A DNA stretch of 64,000 bases from Phallusia mammillata. Its lineage: Eukaryota. The stretch spans positions 11,966,001 through 12,030,000 of the forward strand of contig OZ281494.1 in NCBI GenBank assembly GCA_965637545.1, read 5' to 3'. The notes under the pieces were generated by a model, which saw only the letters and a list, made by a program, of their open reading frames with translations, was not told the origin of the DNA and did no database searches. This document shows, in pieces, positions 52,401 through 64,000 of the stretch (the stretch's first letter is position 1; the number at the start of each line of letters is the position of its first letter). The position numbers and the translations under genes were made by a program.

Positions 52401-55400
52401 AAGCGAAACTTTTATTACTGAAACCCGTACGCTTCACTTAATTGCACGGGGCAATATATTTTTGTTGCCGCAGGCTGCGTATGTGCGAGAACTATAGCGG
52501 GGTATCGCCATTTAATGGGTCTGAAAATTTAACGCCACGCTAGCGACACAATCGAACGGCACGCCAAAATGAAAAATCACCGGTCTGTTACGCTTTGGAA
52601 TACAAAAGCAAAACATTGAGATATTGCGTTTATACAGGCTTTCTTATACCAGTTATTGCTTCGACTTTACTGGGTTGCAGGGTCACACATGACAGACAAC
52701 GAACTAAAAAGGGGATTTGTAGCTCGCCAGGGAGCCGCTTCTAATAAAGGAATATTTTGAAATACAAATTTTAATTTTATGAGATCGCTTTTTCATGTGA
52801 CGATTTATCACCGCGGTGGTACTATACCGTATGTAAGTTTCTCGATGCCAAAGGTGCACCTACTATCACGACAAAAGTGTAAAACATTCACCTTTATCAT
52901 TCGATATGTTTCTCGCATTGTTGAACTGTTATTCCATTTACCCTAGAAAATAGTCTCATAACGAACTGTGTTGGAGTAAAAAAAAACCTTCTTCGAAATT
53001 GATTTTCGAGTTTTTACATCCACTGCTATTTATATTTTTTATCAGAGTATCCTTTTAAATCATGTACAATACTTAGCATACACAAAACACCAACATTTTG
53101 CGTTTGGTTTACGCACATATAGTCACAAACCGCAATCACACACAGTGGTATGTCGATTACAAGTCACCACGACGAAAATATCGACATTTTAAAGTCTTTG
53201 AAAAGTGCGAGGCATCAAAGTCATTCGGTGCGGATTGGTGTAACTTTGGACCTTGACACATTAAAGTCGCCCATGTAACCGCATTGAGTGACCTTAAGAG
53301 ACATGCCTTTAGATATTGTGAGTAGATTACAGCACGGTTTCGAACAGACACACTTCAATTTGGTCGCTATAAGCGATTCTGACAGCTTAGAACGGTTGAA
53401 AACTTTTGATGCTTGCTTTCATTCAGGCTAACGCGTCTATTTTCTCCCGCAAACTTTACGTTTTGTTGGCTGCCAATGCGATCAACTTCTCGATTAGGCA
53501 ACGCGATTTAACGCAGGCTGCAAAGGGCAAGACTTTTTGAGCGCAATTTGTCAAAAACGCGAGAGTTAAAGGCTTTATATGCGCCCAACAAAATTGAACA
53601 GACCTGGTCATTACAGGGACTAAAGTATGTCAGCGCATTCCCTTGTGTTCAGTACGCGTTAATTCAACGTACTTCAAAGTTACGGTATTGCTTAATCGTT
53701 GGCTCACGTGCATATGTTTCATTAAGGTGGGTGCATGATTAGGTGGTATTGTAGGGGCTTAAGCAAGGCGCCGTGCAGAAAAAGTTGGTAATTAAATAAT
53801 GTCGCAGCAGTTGTTGGAGTTGGAGCCGCCCGGAGTTAAGGACGCACTACCACTCTTGTGCTCCCTTGGGACTCATGCATACTCTGCTTTGCACTATTTA
53901 CAAGATAATTATCCTGGAACGCAGCAGCCACCGAGCCTTGATCGCAGTGTTTATTGCCAACCTGAATTATTTCAGTCCTTTGTGGTTGCTTGTCCATGAT
54001 CCAGCAGCGCAAAGGCCTTAAAGGACGCGGCTGTCGCTATCGTAACGTAAAGGTTTTTTGGCATACACCATGTGCATCTGACCTTCGTTTGGCATGCGTT
54101 CTCCTCACCTATAGCTTAGTTTACCCGCAGTGGTCTATCTCTTGTGAAAAATAACCCTCTGGCTGATAAAAGCTTGTTTTTTGTTTAACATAGCTCTGCA
54201 GTGAACCGAGTATGTTTTTATGACAGGTTATGGACCCGATACTAACGTCATGTGCGAACTGTTGGCAATTTCACACGCAAACCTTGTTTATGTTTTTTAT
54301 GCCATATAAATTCACTTAATGGTCAACTCAACATTTGGTCCCATTTGGATCCCGTTGGGTGCAATCCATTATCACGCGTAATTTAACAATACCAAAGTCA
54401 CACCAACAACACGAAAATGAATAGTTTTGACCCTTATAGGCCATAAGGAACAACACCAAAACCTTTTTGGCAAAAAATAGCGTTTCCAGTGTTTTCCTAA
54501 AAATCCCCCCTCTCTAAAAACTTGAGATATTTAAAAGTCTACAAAAGTTCTAAAGTGGAACTTCCCAGCCTCAAACAGGCAAATCTTTTTAAGTGTGACC
54601 AATTTTGAAAGATTCGATCACCGAATGGTGTTTGGAATTTCTTGAACACACTTTCACCTTGTGTTGCCTTGCGGACATTGACATTTTTGGTCATCGATAT
54701 TTCCGCTAAAAGTTACCAGTTCTCCAAACGCGCGGTTCAAACCGCAGACTTGCCCAAATGTTTTGACGTCGGAAATGATTTGTCATCGACCGCAAGGCTA
54801 GAGGGTTGCCACACACAAACACAAGCATGAAGTATCGTTGATGAAAAAATGAACAACAAACAACTGGCGAAGTCTAGAAGAAAATGTAACGATACAAATA
54901 TGCGGTCGCCAATGTGCCTTACGAGACCGCAATGTTTCCTATCGTCAAACCAACGAAAGCCCGAATGTTATTTTGGAACCTTTGACTATAGGGAACTGAT
55001 GTGAAAAATGATTTTGAGGTCGCTCTGGTTAAATTGTTTTGCAAGTTATGGGGGCAGAATGGTTTTGGGTTGATATAAAGTATACCTTCTGCAAGACACG
55101 GTTTTGGTAGCCGCATAGGAATTGTTTTGGCTTTACGAGTTTGGATTTCGCCGGATACACGACTTCAACTTATATGTAAGATATCTTATGTCGCTTGTGT
55201 ACACACCGAGAGAAACAGGGACTCAAACCACAATCTTATGCAAACCTACATCCGATAACAAGCGGAAGAAAACGGACGCTGCTCGTCCTGGTAACGCCAA
55301 AGGAAGGATTATCAGCTTTTATGTCACAAATCGTTCCTAATCTTGTTATCTTGACTTGGCGAGAAAAACAAAGCGGCTCTGGTCCCTATCGCTTCCCCAA

Positions 55401-58400
55401 CATAAACGCCCACCCGCAATTTACCCTAATCCCTGGAAATCACTGAGTACAGTTATCCCTGCGCGGAATCCACGGAGCGCCAAATCCCGGCTTTTTGTGG
55501 ATGAAATGTGAGTCGGAATCACTGGATATGGGTTATCAAATATCTGATTAGGCAAAGGGGTAATGTAGCTATTGTAAACAGCTTGGCGCACCCTACTTGA
55601 CGGCAAAGATATTTGCACGGATAAGCTGTAGTCGCGTGGGTAAGGCATGGCTCAATAAGCACGCTGCAATAGGAAACTACTAAAACCTGCATTGACTTTT
55701 TGGAATGCAATAACAACACTGCTTTTGGACAAAAATCAAGGCACATATGTTTGACAAGGAAAACGAAAACCCTGCAAAGTTCATCCATGCCCCTTTTCTA
55801 TATACATAAGTTGTAACTCCAGTGAAGTCACATTCAAAACTGGCAATGACTTGCATTTCGTGAGACAAAGTTCTAGTCATCATGTAGAAGTCCCATTGAA
55901 ACCTGCGCTTTAAAATCCATTAGAGTTCTTTAAACGGCGTCATCTCCACTCAAGCCCATTGGGAACGTCTTATAATGGACGTGCAAATATTCTTTGAAGC
56001 TACGCGACCCAAAAGACGTTAAAAACTTGATTTTTGTTTTAAGAAACTGGCCAATTTGAAAGATCATCGACATTAGTAACGCGACGAATCGCCAGCAAAT
56101 TAGGTTCGTACATAAACCTTTTGTTCAAACTAAGCGACAAGCAGCAGAAGACTACTTCATTTAACCACAAACTCAAACCAACGCAACATGATTGTAGTAT
56201 GGTGGAAAGCAGCAAGAAGCTCAAGGTTTTCTATTCAAATAGACCCATTCAGCATGGCTTTGTGGTTTAGGTTAGGTGCGGCTTAGATTAATTTGATAAG
56301 ACTTCCGGAATAGAATAAACAACATTTTACGACGTCGATACACCTATAAACAACAGATTAAAAGACCGATAAGTATCTGACTTCAATAATCGTGATCTAG
56401 TTAACGTAAAACTCGTCAACAATAGCAATCAGGCCATTTTAACTTTCCCAATGAATATTCGTTTCACTGATGCACAAATACTAAAAAACACTACAGTGGA
56501 GCATTTACTCTATGCAAACATTGCGGCTTCGGCCAACTTGGTGGTGGTCGTGTAACAGATGTTGCGCAACCTGAGGAATAGACCTACTCTTCAACGAATA
56601 CGCATTGTGACGTGGTAACCTTGGGTTTGCAACGGGATGCTCCAATGTGTCAAGTAACAAGATCCCAAATGTATTGCGTGATCTGGCAGTAATTGCAAGC
56701 AGTTGTAGAGGTTCGGTGCCGAAGTAAAGCGTCCAGTGTTTTGTATTATGGCAGGTCGTGAATTTTTGGACAAAAGATAGGAATGCTTTCAAACAGCATT
56801 TGAGTAAAAAAAGCATAAAGCGAAGGTCGCTTGCCATTTGTAAGAAAACAAGACAATTCCTGTTTTCGCTTGTTGGGACTTTAAACAGGTTTTACCATGG
56901 TTCTGAATATCTTTAAGCAACACTAGTTTACGCATTGCAAAATGTTTGTCTGAGTTTAAAAAACTCAGATAAAAAATGAAAATTCTGGCTTTGTTTATGA
57001 GAGAAACAGTAAATGATCCTCGAATTCTCGTGGGTATCCGCTAGATTAAATTCTCCTTCCGCCCAACCGTACATAAAAAGAAACTGCCGATGACGCGATA
57101 TGGATAATGATACTGGCGAAACAAGTCTTTGAGTTTCGAAAGTAAATTCCATCCATCCTTCAAGAAAGTTCACCAAACCAAACGTGAAATGTCCATTTCA
57201 CTCAACATTATCAACTTATCCCGTGGAGGTCACTACATTCTCACGATCCTAAAGTCACGTGATTCTTGACCAATGCCGAACCGCAAATAAACTTTCGAGT
57301 CCAGTAAAGTTTCTCACATATAGAGCACTTTTATGAAAGGTTTTGAGAAACTATACTACGTATAACGCAACCATTTGTAAAAAGATGCGCAAACAAAACA
57401 CATCCATCACAGAAACAAATAAAGTATTTTTGAAAGCCACGTATGTATGAATTATCGACGAGACACCATTTTCTTTTTGCAAAAGTTAAAAAATTGTCTC
57501 TTTAAACAAAATCCAATAAAAATTCTCATGCCAATCCCAACCCCTAAACCAGGCCTGGCCTAAGAGCCACCAATAAACGTGATACGCAATGTCAGTGTCG
57601 TGACTGACACAAGAAACCAACCAGTCGCAATACACTGCTTTGCTAATAAACATTTAGAGCAGATAAACGGATTTTCCGCAACAACAGAGATTACAACGAC
57701 GGTTTGACTATTTCCTAAAGCAGACGATTAAGTGTGTAATACAAGTGGATTGGGAACGCGAGCTTCTCAGTTTGCATTAAATTGAAAGATTTAGAATTAA
57801 TGCACTAGGAGCATATTACCAATGTGATGCAATTAATTAAACAAAAAACTAGCCCCACGCATAGACGTTTATGCGTTCAACTATGAAACCTTAATGGAGA
57901 AATCTTCCAAAAATAATCACCACCTAAGAAAAAATTCAAAATTATCTCAAAACTTGGGCAATTTTTTGCAATGAGCTTTGTTTTCAAAACATTCTCCAAA
58001 TTTCGGGCAGATGCCGACTTCTCGAAGTTCCAGCTGTTTGTGAGTATCGTGGATGGCTTAGCGCTCGCATTTCACGCAAAACAATTGCCAGGAATGGAGG
58101 ACCCTTGACCCGCGGGGCTCACAACTTTGACCCTGAACTTAACAGCTTCAAACACCGTTTGTGACTGAAGTGCAAAAAAGCGTCGCCACGCATAAAAAGC
58201 TTCGCACCGAGATCTGGAGGTAAATTAACGCTGTTTTAAGCAACAAGGGCCCCGATTTTTTAATCCACGTACGTGAACACCTCTACATCAAAATATAAGC
58301 AAGATATCCTCTCTCGTCTCTGCCAACCTTTCTAAACACACAGTTACCACACCCATAATTACCATTTTATAAAAGCGATTAGATCCTTTATTTCTAATAT

Positions 58401-59212
58401 CAGACCTACGTAAATTAAATTGCGCAATATTGGTACAGCGCAATAATACGGATATAACGAACCTGGGATATGCACTTAATTGTATTTGAACATCAATTGC
58501 ACCTAAAAGATTTTCACCAAACAAACAACGTAATGTGGCTGTAAAAAACACAAACTTCAAAATTCTTTCGACCGGGAGAACACAAATTTACAAAACTATT
58601 TGACCGGCTCGAGGTATCAGACTGCACTTGCTACAAAATTATCGCATAATGAAACAGTTCACAAAAATGTTACTTACATTGACTTGGTCATCTTGGGAGC
58701 TTCAGGTGGCAGTTCGTTGAAACTTTGATCGGAGCAATCGACCTCCACCAGCTTTTTACGGTCGCGAGTACAGGTGCAAGCTGTGGACAGAAACAAAAAC
58801 ATTGCAAGTGTTCGAAATCTTACTGCTATGCCGCGATAAAAATGTCAGCACAACTGGAAGCAATATTTTTTAAAATAAAGTTTTAGTTTTACATCAAGTT
58901 TATCAGTGGCATATTTGGGTTACAACAATACTAGAGTTTCTAACTCAGTTTGCACGTCCAAGACGATTAAGATTGCCCTTGCGATAACACAATGTTTCAA
59001 AACAATTGTTCGCCAGATTGTCGGATTCGATTTGCCATCATTTGTCCCCTACTGTTATCTCTCGATGTTTATCAACAAATAAAACTACACTCACCTGTCG
59101 GGCATTTGCCGAGGGCAATAGGCTGGTTGGTGACCCTTCCTGGCGAGGCCAACACGTGCGCTGAGTGCAACACACAACAAAAGGTGACAAAAACCCAAAC
59201 AAAAATATCCAT
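28432..59212 (-). CDS. Type B leucine-rich repeat GPCR (LGR4/5/6-like), 14 exons, ~1122 aa
   Basis: Exons 59212-59095 (signal peptide MDIFVWVFVTFCC..., ends KCPT), 58780-58678 (LRRNT CTC...VDCSD), LRR exons 46815-46744, 42509-42438, 37861-37790, 36622-36479, 34891-34820, 33012-32944, 32875-32804, 32741-32670, 32100-32032, 31619-31410, 30971-30797 (ends FSYHCC...), then 30480-28432 (hinge CFPDPGPLSPC, 7TM with LALAD, ERY, NPILY). All introns GT-AG; LRR introns in phase 2. Confidence 0.93.
32437..32640. mobile_element. Degenerate hAT MITE related to the 45917-46324 family
   Basis: ttgtaagtcgggc ... gcccacttacaa termini and ttcgggccgggttc motifs (reverse complement of gaacccggcccgaa). Confidence 0.55.
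35581..35606. repeat. (AT)13 microsatellite
   Basis: Uninterrupted AT run. Confidence 0.95.
42575..42740. mobile_element. Truncated Charlie-type hAT fragment
   Basis: Right-end signature aaggggtacaagcgctaaaaaggttaagaaacactg; no left TIR; left border approximate. Confidence 0.45.
45917..46324. mobile_element. hAT MITE in LGR intron 3
   Basis: Perfect 12-bp TIR CAGAGTTGCAAG; 7/8 TSD TTTCAGTG / TTGCAGTG; tandem 11-bp cccgaacccgg subterminal repeats. Confidence 0.88.
46859..47219. mobile_element. hAT (Buster/Charlie-type) MITE in LGR intron 2, 43 bp from exon 3
   Basis: TIR cagtggttctcaaact / agtttgaaaaccgctg; perfect TSD TTCTATAC (46851-46858, 47220-47227). Confidence 0.92.
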
Positions 59213-61935
59213 TGTGAGATTTATTCAGCAGATAAGTGAAATCAAATTTCTGCCTGTGCAGTTTTCAGCGCCAAACTTTAACAGCAGATACACTGGCCTA
59301 TGATGACTTTTCGACCATATTGCAACAGTTTCAACTGGTCGTGTCGTGTAAACAGCTACATGTATATGGATAGTCGTTAAGCATCATAAGTAATACACAA
59401 AACTTCACTGTTCCGTGTGCAAATATTTAACAAATCTGGTATTACGCAGTTTTGTACGTCAAGAACAGTGACCCCAAAATTAATGTTTTTATTCCGCCGG
59501 CAAATCTACTCTCAACTCTCGCCAAACTGTTTCGGTTAAGTCAGTCTTCTTTGTCACGCTCTTATCGTGGCTGACTGGCTGATCCACTCCATTTTTACCT
59601 GCGTGTCTGACTGGTCAATGTTGAACATATATCTTTTACGTCCAGCTAATAATTTATCTGTCATAAAGTCTAAACTTTTTTCCAAAAGGTAAATTGACCT
59701 CCTTTCACTGGACGTACACGCAAATTGTAAAGCCTATCAAACCATAACCTTTCAGTTCCAACGACTTACCATTTCTAACTGTTTTCATTCAAATACGGAG
59801 ATAAAAGTGTTATAATCCAGGATAGGACGGCGGCAGTCTGTAGTGGCACTTCCTCTCACTGCGCGCGATCAAACCTGCATCTTCTACCCCTTCGTGCCAG
59901 TCTCAGTCGTATTGTTTATTTCTGTCGCGGCCACGCGCTATTGTCTCTGCGGCGCTCCAATCGCGGAGAAGCCGCCGTGGCGAAAAATGCTCTTCACGCC
60001 CGTAGATAGAATTCTGAAAATTATTTCCTTTTCCAATACGAGATGTTTTTTATGTCAAGCGACAGGAAAAACATTCATTGTTAAAAACAATTTCGTATTT
60101 CGAACGTTTAGGTTTCACAAAACAGAACAAATGCAACACGCGGATCAGCTGGATTCTGAAATCAAGACGTTTAATATACCATGGCTATCAGCTTGGTCAA
60201 CCCACTTTGGGTACAAGTGTAACAAAAAATTCCTATGTCAAGCAAGTAATCTTCCACTATCTAGTCGCGTGGCTCTGCTGAGTGCTGACAGCTGACTGAC
60301 GTTGTCGCGACATTTCGATTCAATGTGAGACGTTCCATTGCAGAGTAAACTATAGTGACGTCACATTCTGTTTTACGGCGGGAAGTGCCTAGCCTTCGCC
60401 GCGCCTGCAAATCTACATCGCTATCCATCACAGTCAACGCCGAAAGGCGAGGAAACAAACCATGTACACGTTTAGGTTTGCGGTGATACTACACTTTTTT
60501 ATGTAACGATGCCAAGGCGGTCCATGAAAGAGCCGTGTGCAGACAATCGTTGCGAATTGTGAAGTTTGATTGAAATTGTTGCTATACCCACTGATCGTAA
60601 TGGTGGAAAACCAGGTAATACGCGCATAAACATAGTTATAGCTACCCACCGATTTCACTGCACTAGCACTAAAACTACTGTTTAATTTGTCACACAGCGC
60701 ACTGTGCCCAGGTAGGTGATAAGGAGGGCAAACGTTTACCAAGCGCCGACTAATACCTGAGCGCTTGTGCCTTGTTTGTTTGCTTAAAAACTCGAGAAAT
60801 TTGCTACAAGAGTTCGAGCAGTGTCGATAAGACGCTGAGCAACCATGCTTCGTTGCCCGTGGAGTGCTTACAATCGATTAGCAGACACGCGGATGGCGAC
60901 TATCCGATTGGGGGTTGTTTATCTTTGTCAAAAACCCTAACGCAAGAGACTGGGTCACACAGAATAAATCAGTCAAGGCATTTTATCCCTCCGCCAGTGA
61001 AAAAGCGTTGAAGAAAAAATGATGACTTTGCGACACTGAGGTCATACAAACTATATCTTACATCATGCTATTGGTAAATATAAAGCAACAGCCTGCACAT
61101 TATGCAAATTTAATGCAACCAAACCTAACAGTGTTATAAAATGTCTCTTTTTCTCTCAACTAACGGTATGTATATTGAACATCTACAAAACTAACTTAAA
61201 TTTAATTTAGGCTTAAATTAGCAACTGCGCTTTGCCAATTAGCCTGCTTGATGCTCACAACATATCGTCATTTAAAATACCTGTATATGTTGCAACCGTC
61301 ATTCAATTTAGTTTGTGTTAACAATCTGATAACCCATCTCAAAAGGTTACACAAAAATGTCGTATGTTCACCTGATGCTCAATTAATCAACGCCATAGCA
61401 GTTGACGGCGAAAAACAACAAATATATACTTAATCATTTACAAATATTTCTCTTGGCCTCACACATGTTGTATCGAACGGGGAGCGTCAATAATTAACCC
61501 AGGCACGAGGAGCGGTATGGCACCGAAACGACATTGTACGAAGCGTTATCTTGCTTCCAATGCAAACACCACAGCGGGCAATCCACTTCCAAACGGATGG
61601 CAGGGAGTTTGGGTTATTTTTTGGATTTGCTTCTAAATTGGAACTTGTGGTTTTCATGAAACCTTTGTCACACATGTTTCATCTTTTTTAAAAAATGAAC
61701 ACAGATACCATTAAAAAAACTGACATGCCGTTTCGGTTTTGTTTTCAGATTTTTAAATCAATAACCGCAAAAACGCACGTGTTCCGTAAAATATTGTGTT
61801 AAACTTCATCTAAACCCATTTTATGCAATTGTTTAGTCAACAGCATGTAGCCATTGCTCAAGCTGCAAGAGGTTGGATGATAAAACTTAGATGCTTGCTG
61901 GAGCATTATTGTGTAGCTTACTGAGTTTTGATTTG

Positions 61936-61989
61936 TTGATCAAACAAGGATTTTTTTTTTATTTTTTATTTTTTTTGATCAAACAAGGA
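61936..61989 (-). mobile_element. Poly(A)-only retrotransposition scar with a TSD
   Basis: TTGATCAAACAAGGA at 61936-61950 and 61975-61989 flanks an interrupted T-run (A-tail on the minus strand). Confidence 0.6.
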
Positions 61990-62897
61990 ACAAACATTAC
62001 ACATTATCCTGTTATATAGCGTCACCTAATGACGAACTTAATTTGCGTTCCAAAATGAATCTCAATCCATTGTGCTCTTCAGTTACTATGTATTAAGATC
62101 CGCATTACAAACCGGTGTTTCACTGCAGTGATATTATTTGCGTTGACAAGTATATTTCATTCTATTTTACCAATGTACATAAAAGAACATGTACACCGTC
62201 ACTGCGTGTTTGGTCATGACGTGGTTGTAGCGCACACGAAAAAAAATTAAATAACTAACGCAGGAATTAAAGTTTAATACACATATCTGCCGTGTTTGAC
62301 AATTTCACCCCCCAACAACATTATTCTAAAACATTTCAAAGCTAAACAAATCTTGTGCCAGAAAGACAATACCGGGATTCACAGAAAGTTTAAACATTGA
62401 ACTTGTGCTTGTAGCGACAAAACATGGACATTAATAATATTTTGGCGAATGTCATATAATACATGTTTGGTTTGACAGTCATTTAGTTGTAAGCACAATA
62501 ATGATTGTATTAATTCACGCCAGGTTCCAGTGCGATGAAAGAAATGCGCATTTACCCCAGGTATAAAACATCGAGACATTTTTAATAATAAAAAGCACGG
62601 CTAGTTTCTGCTTTCTAAGCTTTAAGTAAATGGCCAAAACAGCATTATGTGTTAATGAGGAAACAGATGTAGCACAGTGGCAAACTTTTAGTCGAATACG
62701 CCTTGGAACTTTAAAGAATACAATTAAAACGCTGCATTATTGGATAAATGAAGAAGAGTGTAGACGACCAAGCAGACAGAAGCTAAAACTTTGTTGGTTC
62801 CAAACAGACGATTTGCAGAACCTGAAATTCATGAAAAAAATATACACTACCAGCCAAAGACACAGAAATCATGTTTTGTTAGCGTTTCTTTTCCAAA

Positions 62898-64000
62898 CTA
62901 CATTAGCAGTTTTAACGAACATTTGTCGTTGTTTAGATTTGAATCTGTATTATAAGCGCAGAAAAATTAAGCTGATGTAAAGTACATGAACTTTAACATG
63001 GCATTTTACTAAAAACATAACAGTCTATTGTTGTAATTCTGCAAAATAAATTTTCTTACCTGTTGTAACTTCTATCCAGGTCACATATTCCGACACTCTT
63101 GTGTACACACCAGGACTAAACGCCTGAGCACATCCCCGCCCATAACTTGTGATTCCTTGCAGAATATACTGTCCACCAGATGGAGCTGTGGGGCACGCCA
63201 TTGGCCCACCGCTGTCTCCTTGACATGTGTCGATGCCACCTTCTTTATACCTAAAGTGATTTAAACAGAACTGTTGAGGCAAAATATTGTTGTTGTTTTT
63301 ATATTAAAGCTTATTGTCGGTTTTAGTATGATTGACTTTTACTCACACAACTTACTTAAGAAGGCCACTGGTCTTTTCGGTTGTAACAGTTAACAAACTT
63401 GTGCACAAGTTATACAGTAACCAACTAATGCCCCTCTTCAAACACGAAAACATATGTTAACTTTGAACAGTCACACTGGCTTGGGTCAGTTCGCTTTATG
63501 CAAACAAGTAAATTACCCTGCACATAGCTGAGTCGTAGCCATAGTAGAAAGGTACCACTGTGAGCACTGATCATTGCTAATCACAGGAACTTCTGCTTCC
63601 ATGAGGTAGTCGGGTAGAATTTGAATTTGGGCTGTAAAATATTTTTAAAATCAACATAACCGGTAACCGGACTGCCAAAAAACAGAACCCAATGGCTTTG
63701 TCACATGAAAATTTTAAACTGTTAGTTTGTAAGTATACTAATGGGTGTAACATCAGGATATCCAATGTAAAACTAAATACCTATCTGGCTCACAAAAAAA
63801 TATTCGCAAAAAAGTTTTGGTTGCGTCAAACGTATTAATCCTTTTGTCCATTTGGAGCCACAAAGCAAACTTTTAAACGTTTTACAAAAACGTCTTAATA
63901 ACTGTTACACTTACCTGATATCGAACCCCATCCTGTAATGGTGCAAGTTGTGTTGACTGGCACTTGGGCTCCTTGATTGGGCAGTGGGATTGGTTGGATG
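62898..64000 (-). CDS. Trypsin-like (S1A) serine protease, C-terminal exons; gene continues beyond the window
   Basis: Exons >64000-63915 (IQPIPLP...CTITGWG), 63631-63517 ([14 protein letters not shown]...QLCAG), 63250-63060 ([17 protein letters not shown]...[10 protein letters not shown]...[14 protein letters not shown]). Asp189 implies tryptic specificity. The last exon is ambiguous (acceptor at 62944 or 62971). Confidence 0.93.

Noticed and set aside
60438-60449. GNRA-capped hairpin cgcc-gaaa-ggcg
   Set aside because: Only a 4-bp stem with no surrounding ribozyme or ncRNA context.
1-64000. tRNA, rRNA, snRNA genes, telomeric arrays, intact transposase or RT ORFs
   Set aside because: None recognised by eye; tRNAscan-SE, Infernal and RepeatMasker runs would be needed to exclude them formally.

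Overview
Eukaryotic, AT-rich, intron-containing DNA. The short GT-AG introns, compact gene packing and mosaic CpG depletion fit an invertebrate chordate, probably an ascidian (inference). I reconstructed seven genes by hand from splice sites and reading phase: CATSPERG (+, 5'-partial, to ~10677), FBXO48 (-, 3 exons), VTA1 (+, intronless CDS), a short NSL1/Mis14-like gene (-), AIFM2/FSP1 (-, 8 exons, 379 aa), a 14-exon type-B LGR4/5/6-like GPCR (-, 28432-59212, ~1122 aa) and the last exons of a trypsin-type serine protease (-). Many non-autonomous hAT and Tc1/mariner MITEs with target-site duplications (TSDs) are present, one pair nested. The most notable observations are: three short TSD-flanked, Penelope-like insertions carrying minimal hammerhead ribozyme motifs, one structurally perfect at 234-285; a foldback-like element built from inverted 83-bp arrays; a sharp CpG-poor/CpG-rich boundary near 14.75 kb; and a divergent LGR. 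No rRNA, tRNA or CRISPR array was found. Family assignments rest on recalled motifs, not database searches.
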